Assembly (NCBI GenBank): GCA_012295275.1
Contig: CM022679.1
Location: 434,001-498,000 of the forward strand
Origin: Chrysomallon squamiferum
Lineage: Eukaryota; Animalia; Mollusca
DNA length: 64,000 nt
Direction: 5' to 3'
In this document: positions 55,401 through 64,000 of the stretch, piece by piece
How the letters are laid out: every line of letters starts with the position of its first letter
Position numbering within the stretch: the stretch's first letter is position 1
Notes under the pieces: generated by a model
What the model was told of the DNA's origin: nothing
The model's input: only the letters and a program-made list of their open reading frames with translations
Databases searched by the model: none
Program-made: the position numbers and the translations under genes

Positions 55401-58400
55401 TCTAAATATGATTTATATACAAAAAAAATTCATCTAAATATTTATAAACACAAATTTTCATCTAAAACATTCACATTCAGATTGAATATGAGAAAACTGC
55501 AAATGAAAATTTCCATTCAGAATTTCTATGACAAAACTGGTGAAAGTAGAGTTACTCTTGTCAAAAAGGTTTCAGCTCCTCTCACTGAGTTTTTTAACAC
55601 AGATACAGCAGATCTGCTGTTATGAATCAACAACTGATTGTCTATGCAATTCTGGAAGAAGGCGTTCATTTTGGTAACATATTAAGATTTTGGACAGTTT
55701 CAATTGTGATTTTCCTCATATGACTAATATGTATTTGGTAGAAAGAAAAGAAAAGATGATTATTTTTAACAAGCTTCCAGTGTCTGTACTGGTATCATAA
55801 GAGCTAAAAGATTCTATGTGGTCTAAAATGTTTTTTAAATAATTATCTAGGCTTGGAAGAGTTTGATGGGAACACTTCCCTTTACTCTTGAAATAAAACC
55901 AGCATCATTAAAGGAAGATATTACTGAAAATGAACAACATAAAGTCTATTAAGAACACTTCAGGATTTTACTGATGTGAAAAATCTCCAACATTTAGATT
56001 TTCTAATTTATTGCCAAATGTAAACATATTTTCTCATTAAATCTCAGTATATGTTAGTTACACTTGCCAATCTTTGTTGAAGTAATGGCTTCTTCCTTGG
56101 CCATAAAAGTCTTAGTATATTGTTTTCTTAAAAACATTTGTATATATTAAAAAGAGGATGTTAATATTTTGTAATGCTCTAACACATTTTGTCAAGTAAT
56201 CCAACTTCACATTTGAAGTGTAAGGTTTTTAGAAAATGGAGTAAATTTCTCAAAAAGTTGAGAGTGAAATATCTCTGGAAATGTTTGCTGTCTCTCTCTC
56301 AGCTAAAGGAATGGTTAGGACTAAAATGTGTGATCAGTTTGAGAATGATGCAGGCTTTCACTACAAAACATTTATGTTTAAGTTTTATTAGCACAACAAA
56401 TCTCAGATTCAAATGTAAAAATCTACTTACGATGGTGTTTAGTGCACATTCAATCACAAAGATAAAGAAACCCTGTCAAATAAAAAATTGCACTGAACTT
56501 TGTCATTTAATACATTTTGAAACATTTGTAAAGCACCTGGGGCAGTAAATCACAAACACTGAACTTTTAAAGATACAAATCATGATACAAACTCTCAATA
56601 CTTTCTTTTGTAGTTTCAAGTAATTTCTTAATTGTTGAATATTTTTTTCCTAAATTTATTTACTTAAAGCAATGTGACCCATCATGTCTCTCTATTTAAA
56701 TTCAGCTTCCTTCAACCAAACTTTTACTTAATGCATTTGTAAGATGACAATGTTGCTGTATTTTGTAAAATAAATACTGTCATTACCTGCAGTGAATTTA
56801 AAATGGCAAAAAGGTACTGAAAAGTAACGATGTTGTTATTGATGGAAAACACTCCAAATAACCAGGTGAGACCAAGAGTAGGAGACAGAATTCCAATACT
56901 TCTAACACCAGCCCTGAGTAAAAACAAACATAAAGTTACAACAAACAAGTATTTAAAATATCAGATCTGTGTGAAAACAAACATAAAATTATAACAAACA
57001 AGTATTTAAAATATCAGATCTGTGTGAAAATACACACACAAAGTTACAACAAACAAGTACTGAAAAATCAGATCTGTATGAAAACAAATCAAGTACTGAA
57101 AAATCAGATCTGTGTGAAAACAAACAAGTACTGAAAAATCAGATCTGTATGAAAACAAACAAGTACTGAAAAATCAGATCTGTGTGAAAACAAACAAGTA
57201 CTGAAAAATCAGATCTGTGTGAAAACAAACAAGTACTGAAAAATCAGATCTGTGTGAAAAGTTGTTTTTCTTACCTGAGTTTTTTCTTTCTGCTCTTAGA
57301 CATCATGGCTTTTGTGGAAAATAAAGCTTTCATTGCAAGTATAACCACTACGTAGTTTACCTATTTTAATAACAAATTTGTATACATCATGAATAACGTT
57401 AGAATAATATGTATTCTTAATAACTAACAAATATTTGTATTATTTAAATTTATTTTACTTACAGCAGTACAAGCAATACACAAAGTAGATGAAATATACT
57501 TCAATTTGTTTTTTTTCTGACAATGAATTTGTTTTACTATGCAAGTATAAACAAAAAGATCATGACAAAATACAAATAGATCAACAGAAATTTGATTTAA
57601 GATTATTTAAAAAAATAAAAAGGTAAAGCAGAAAGTAGATATACATTTTATACTTACTAGAATAACCATCACTGCAGGTGCAACAAAAGCATAAAAGACA
57701 CCACCTTTAGTGTTCACCCAGCAGCTGAAACATTGCAAAAACAACACCTTACTGTTTTTCTTACAGTGAATTGTGAGTTGAGGGGCACCTCCCTTCTAAC
57801 TGCTTTATCTCACACCTATGTTAGACACTTCTCCACAAAAACCTCAGACCTACATCTTAGGTAATAGCGACAATGGACACAAAGTTTGTTATGTTGTTAT
57901 TTAACTAATGAATCCCTTATCTCTGTTTCTTCTCAACAATAAATTAATATACGCTGTTTAAACATGAAGACAATGTTGATGCATTTACAGTAAATACGTA
58001 AGAATAACTCACTGCATTTTATTACCATAACCATGCAGTTCCGTGGCAAGTGCCGAAATAGCAACAATAACAAATGGAACACCTGAAAATATCATAACAA
58101 AAGTTTGGTTAACAAAAAGATCAGCTTTTCTTTGTAAATATTTATAACAATTTCCATTAACATATGTTCAAAAGATGGCTGATATTATCAGACATGCAGT
58201 ACAAAGGTATTTCAAAAATGTTTAGTAAAAAAATTAATTTGAAACCAGTCATCTGGTACTGAAATGGGTCACAATAAAAAAATAAAAAATATTAACATTT
58301 TTTAAAAATATTTATTACTTTTTAGGCTGTGTATAATTATAAAACAAAAAATCAATCTTACCCCATCCACATGAAAGCAATACTATGAGTTTATTGGGCA

Positions 58401-60714
58401 GTGCAACAATATATAAAATGGAAACCAGTAAATTTAATGCTTCAGCCAACATTAGGAAGAAAACAGCCAAGAAAAAATAGTGCAACATCATTGCTATTAT
58501 AGTACAAACAGTCTGAAATAAGGTAAAACAAAACAAAAAATACAGAAATAACTAGAGTATAATAATAAAAACCTAACATTTAATTTTTAAATTTTGCATT
58601 ATTATTATTTTTTTTTTACACAGTACAAAAACCAGTGAATATTAAAGTGTTTTAAATCAACAAAAAACAACAAAAACATCACATATATGTGACACTTGTA
58701 TGAGCTACTCTCTGTGAACTGAAGGAATGGTTGGTTGGCAAGAAAGAAATTTGCTGTTTTGTTATTACAACTATCTTACATTAGTATTAAGTGAAAATAA
58801 GACATAAATGTTAAAGCCAAGAAATTAGAAAATGTTCTCACTCTCTCTTCTGTGCGTTCAATACCAAACAGAAATATGACATAGGCTATGGTCAGTGCCA
58901 CACACAGATTTAACAGAAGAACATTCCTGTCAGATTTGATGTATCTGTAACAGAGAGAAACTATCACAGGTTTAGGAATAAAAAAAAATATTAATTTGAA
59001 ATGAGCTTTACTATTTTTATTATATTTCTACATGATGTATCAAGAAAATAGGGAAAAAGTTTTATCATTTTACTATCAAACATTATTATTAAAAAACTAA
59101 TTTCACTGTATGAAGAGCTCTTTGTATGTAGCACTATGACTGAAATAAAAAAATAAAAAAATAAAACACCTTACTTCCATAAGTAGAAGTACACGAAAAT
59201 TGTAGCCAGTGTACACAAGAGTGAGATTGATATTCCAATATTTGATATCAGTCCAAGAACTTTTTTGTTCACATTAGACTATAAAAAGAAAAACAATATC
59301 ATTTAAAAAAAGGAAATAAAAAACAAAACAAAACAAAAATTCTTTTTTTTTAAATTTAAATCATGCAGCTTGATTATATCTATCTATCTATCTTTATATA
59401 AATATCTATATATGTGAGCATTAAAAAGATATTCAAGATACAATTAAAAAAAAGAAACAACTTTGTTTTTCTTGTCAGAGAAGATTTACATTTGACCAAA
59501 TCTCACCTTCCTCATAGATGACAGACATTACATATTGTTACTTGATTTCATACTCCTTCCTCAGAGATGACAGACATTACACATTGTTACTTGATTTCAT
59601 ACTTAGTTATGAAGTGTACTTACTATTTTGTTAGGATGCATGAGGACACCAAAATTGGTGAGATGGTCACAGGCACAGCCAATGAATGATTTGTTTTCAA
59701 ATGTCTTCCAACACCCCTTGGATAACCATCTTCCCTTGGATTTTAAACTGTTTTATACAAACATTTTATTACAAATGTATGTACAAACTTAACTATGACA
59801 ACTATCTCTCAAATTTCTGTAATGGTTTTAGTTAAACTGGTTTATAAGTTTTAAAAACAATGATTGCTGAAACAATTTCTTTTTATTTATAATACAAGTA
59901 ATGTTTAATAGATATAACACTTTCAGTGAATATACAGAACATGTCACAATATTACGAATTAGTTTCTTTTATAATTAAAGATGCACAAAAAAATATCAAA
60001 TTACATTTGTGAATATCAGTTTTTTCACTACTTACTAGTTTTTGAAAACCCAATAACTACAGACTGCCTGACCTGTGTGGGTCTGCAATTAAAAAGTTTT
60101 TTCAAAGGCATGAGAATATTCAAATTATGAGAAAAGCAGGAACAAGATGTATTTCTTTCAGTATGAACAATTACAAAAATCTGCATTATTTTATTTTATA
60201 TACTTCAGTATGAACAGTTAAAAAAATCTGCATTATTTTATTTTATATACTCCAGTATGAACAGCTAAAACAATCAGCATTACATCAATACGAGTCTTTA
60301 TTTTATATGACAATGGTGGAATAAAGAACATTTTAATCATTTCTCTACTTACGCCAGTTTTCTCAAACGTTATATTTATTGCAGGATTCATGGAAAGATA
60401 GTCTTTTTCTGGAAAATCTATTGCCAGTATAGGTGAGTTAATTTTCAGTAAATTTCTGAAAAAACCCAAACATAATTAAATACAATCTGACAATCTGCTC
60501 TTGATGATATTAACAGAAATTCTTAAAAGTTGTGCTGTTTAGGTTTTTGTTTTTGTAAAAATAAACACAACTTACTTTTTACTGGATTTTGGACCTGATA
60601 ACATTTTATCCAGTGATTTGTACATAACAGCAGAGTAGCTTATAATATTTTCTGTTAAAATAAAAAAGTGGAAAAGGAATTAGAAGAAAATTCCAACTAC
60701 AATAAATTAATTTA

Positions 60715-60783
<69 letters not shown>

Positions 60784-63041
60784 CATCATCATCATAAATA
60801 AATAAAATAAAATAAAATAAAATAAAACATACAAACAAACTAGATACTTTTTTTATGTATATATCTTTTTATAAATCTTATGTAGCTAAAAGTGTGGGCA
60901 AGTAAACATGCTTAAGAAAACAACAATATGTAGGTGGGGTTGAGTGCATGCTCTTTTGCATGCATACAAAAAAACTTGTTAGAATGGCAAATTCTTTTAA
61001 GAAACCATCTTTGTTAAGAGTCATATTTTTATTTTCCCACCTAAATTATGACAAAGAACCTCTATTAAGCACCTACTTGTCTTAAAAGGGCAGTTTTGAT
61101 ACTTCAGCAGGTGGCTGCTAAAAACAAGTTTGACAAAATACCTCTTACAAGGAAACAAATTTGCCATGTTAATTTTTCGAAGGCTTTGTAAAAACGTTAT
61201 CATTATTAACTTTGCACAAACCTTTAAACTCTTTTTCAATGGCAGACTTATGGATGTACAGAAAAGATTTATGTTCGTTTAATTGTGGAAATTTAATATC
61301 ATTGACTACTTCTTTGCTCATTTTCCACTCTGAAATAAAAACCTGGCTAATTATAACAGTATTCTAAATTTAGTATCACTACTCAAGACCATATAAATCT
61401 GAGATCTTTGGTGTTACTGATAACAAAAACATAATTACAGTTATTATATAAAATATAAAAAGAAAAAGAAAATAATTATAATTAGAGGTTAAGATTGGCA
61501 GTGGACGTGTTAAATGTCTCTTTAATATAAAAACTCTGTCGTTAAATGCTTATCTGCCATGCATAAACATTCAGTTTTAATATATACACATAAAAAATTA
61601 ACATTAACTCCTCCAAAAAACAAACACCAAATTCATTAATAATAAGAGCAATATACATATTAATAAATAAATATTATTTAAAAAAGAAAAAAAAAAGTAA
61701 TTAAAAAAAATGAAAGATCATTATATACCTGAGATGAAATATATAAAGTTTATTCTATATTACCAATATTTTCTTTTTTTATAGCAAAAGACTTGTTCTC
61801 TGGTAATGTTTTGATGACATGTTTGCTGAAAACTGTCACAGACCTCATCACAAATCCAGAAGTAGGATTTTCCTAAAATTTAAGAAAAAGAAAGCTTAAA
61901 GCTTTGTTTTCAATATAAACAGTTAATAATACAGGTTTTCTGAATCTCTGACATTAATAAACATCTGTCAGAGCTTTTACACTAGGCCGTGATTTTCTTT
62001 CATGCATGATTGAAAATATAACACACACACATATATATATTCTTAAATGTCATGTCTTTCAATTCTACTCAAAAAATCCTATGAACTTTTGTTTCAACCA
62101 AATATTTTCATTACTTTAGAATTCCACAACTTACATGGACCTGAAGAAAAATTTATGTACATTTTAAAACAGAAGAGTTTTTCTTTTTAAATTTAGTTTA
62201 TTACAGAAGACTGTTGAACAATATTATTCTGAAAAAGAATTTTCTGTGTAAACTGCATAGTCATATTACCAGCTACTGTTTTTACTATGTACATTTTGTA
62301 GTTGAAATGACTAATGTGTTGTATTTTAAAAATAATGCACATAAAAATCATGGGTATTTGACACATTTGATAAAAATTATTTTATATTTATCTAAATGAT
62401 AAGAAAAAAGATAAACTAAATATAAAAAATAGATTTCAGTTATCTTATTTATTTTTGGAGAGATGCAACTTTAAATCATTATATAACTGACCAAAGCATT
62501 CATAAAAAAATTAGCATCAAAACTGAGCAACATTTTAATAACTAACTAAAGGTCCATAAGTTTTCTTAACCAGAAAGACTCACAGAAGTAAAAGAAACTA
62601 TTTATTTTAAATACATAATTCTTACAACAGAACGAAAACTGGTTGCAATTGTTATTCAGCAACATTTTACTTGTAAAACAATGATTTGCCATAAAAAAAA
62701 TGAAAAACAGTGTGCAAAATCTTGCAATAAGACTTTTTAAGGTGGAGTCAAATTTACTAAGTAATGTATTTTTAAATAATTTACAATGTACATTACACAA
62801 TGAAGTTACTAAGTAATGTATTTTTAAACAATTTACTACATACATTGCATAGTGAAATTTACTAAGTAATGTTTTTATAAATAATTTACTACATATATTA
62901 TATAGCTGAAGTTACTCACATTTTTATTTATTTTTTGCCAGGTAGAAATTTTGTCCTTATCCATTACTGAGTTTACAATATCAGCAAACAACTTTCAGAA
63001 AAAAACAAACATTGTTTAGAAAAAGTAAACATTAAACATTG

Positions 63042-63078
<37 letters not shown>

Positions 63079-63881
63079 CTATAACACCAATGTTACATGT
63101 TGTGCAAGATAATATGCGGCATATTTCACATTTAATCAGACTAGACAATAAATATTATGTTTATACACATAAATTCAATCAGTAAGTGCTAGAGTCACAT
63201 ATATAAATATTGATGAGGATTATCATTTTCAAGATATTCTAAACTGAGACATTAATCTGGTTCATCACATATGTCTCAAAGCAGTCATATTTGTTAACAA
63301 AATAATGCCATTCTCAGGTAAAAAAGAAAAAAAAAAGTTTTTAGTTATTATTAGCCAAAGTTGTTTTTTAAATAACTTATATCATTTAAGAACAAAAACA
63401 AAGTCACGTGATGTTAATATGAAATAAACTTGTCACTGGAAGATACAAAATGTCCATTACTTACATTCACCAGATTAACACAAGCTGATGACCAGTTAAA
63501 TGAAAGCTCACATTTACTAAGAGAATTTTAAGTAGGAATTCCTTTTAGCTATTTCTTAACAATTTACAATTTACTAGTTAAGTAATTAACTGAAGAATGA
63601 GATATTTTGTATGTTGAACCAAAAACTGGTTTAAATCTATTTATGTATTTCTGTGGATTCATGTAGTTAACTGTGTTCATATGTTTGTGGTAAATGTTCA
63701 CCTGGACATCAATGTTATTCAGTGTGATAACACCTGCTATGTCACTGATGTTTACTAAGAGAGTAGACATTGCAATGAGATCACCCTCGGAAGGAATTAT
63801 CACTGATTTTGTTATTTCAGATAATGCTTCAAGAATTGGTGTTAGGCTTTTATACGCCGTATTATTTTCAAGAAACACAAC
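50904..63881 (-). CDS. Adhesion G protein-coupled receptor (GAIN/GPS + family-2 7TM), 5'-partial (N-terminus beyond window end)
   Basis: Phase-consistent exons: 63702-63881, 62920-62991, 61764-61872, 61222-61329, 60576-60651, 60353-60455 (INSPILAI..INITF), 60036-60082 (VCSYW), 59624-59747 (GRWLSKGC..CACDHL|TNFGVLM, canonical GPS), 59175-59278 (TM1), 58842-58944 (SDRNVLLLNLCVAL), 58362-58512 (CTIIAMMLHYFFLAVFFLMLAEA..GWG), 58013-58082, 57658-57724 (CWV..FYAFVAP), 57275-57360, 56787-56913 (LGLTWLFG..FQYLFAILNSLQ), 56431-56472 (GFFIFV). Probable C-terminal exons: 51937-51964 and 50904-51259 (stop). Exons between 56431 and 51964 are unresolved. Confidence 0.92.
52421..54100 (-). mobile_element. 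Degenerate Ginger2/KRBA2-SCAND3-like integrase DNA transposon with terminal inverted repeats, inside an adhesion GPCR intron
   Basis: Broken minus-strand peptides KKRPTTKYVVMKPTLSKDFSSRAQVDLVDMQ..DHLTKFCVL..SKHAAKVVYQLLDVFLL, NRGNADP..RNQFDLC and ESICGEEGFIKCNCAG resemble KRBA2/SCAND3-type integrases. Imperfect TIRs at 52421-52517 (AAACGGTATAATCAGGTA...CCTGAAATTGGAGCTGACTTTGTAGAC) and 54018-54100 (reverse complement AAACGTATAATCAGGTA...CCTGAAACTGAGCTGACTTTTTAGAC). Stops and frameshifts present. Confidence 0.85.
54595..55015. repeat. Degenerate AT-rich minisatellite plus a 49-bp duplication
   Basis: Recurring TAATCTAAATATCAT/ATTTACATTCACA units. TTTACATAATGTCGTTGTTACCTAAACATAATGTTAACATCACATATA occurs twice. 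Confidence 0.75.
56920..57260. repeat. Minisatellite, 35-bp unit (CAAACAAGTACTGAAAAATCAGATCTGTGTGAAAA), filling a GPCR intron
   Basis: About 8 copies occupy nearly all of intron 56914-57274. Confidence 0.9.
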
Positions 63882-64000
63882 CTTAAAAATAGCAAATGAA
63901 TAGCTTTCAGTTTCATTTATATTGATTTATGGTTTTAACATAGATATAAAAAAAACACATACATATTAACAAATATCAGAAACACGCTCATTAACAAATA

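Noticed and set aside
56189-56548. 119-aa plus-strand ORF
   Set aside because: No recognisable motif; it overlaps a GPCR exon in antisense and is plausible by chance.

Overview
Very AT-rich, microsatellite-dense animal genomic DNA with GT-AG spliceosomal introns; the repeat landscape suggests a mollusc, probably a gastropod (inference only). Three intron-rich genes lie on the minus strand. (1) The 3' part of an adhesion GPCR (GAIN/GPS + 7TM, 50904 to beyond 64000), with a ~1.7 kb degenerate Ginger2/KRBA2-type integrase transposon in a late intron. (2) A complete 18-exon POLR3E (RPC5) gene, 37177-47110, with an apparent one-base frameshift in exon 10. (3) The 5' part of an unidentified gene with a coiled-coil N-terminus (28991-14362) and two candidate alternative first exons, all ending in phase 0 and pointing out of the window. 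Most ORFs in the supplied track are translations of simple repeats. The most striking pattern is that several tandem arrays are built from splice sites: ~34 copies of a branchpoint-to-AG module, ~22 copies of a POLR3E acceptor and ~10 copies of a POLR3E donor, each ending exactly at the functional exon boundary. All exon models were built by eye without RNA data or database searches.
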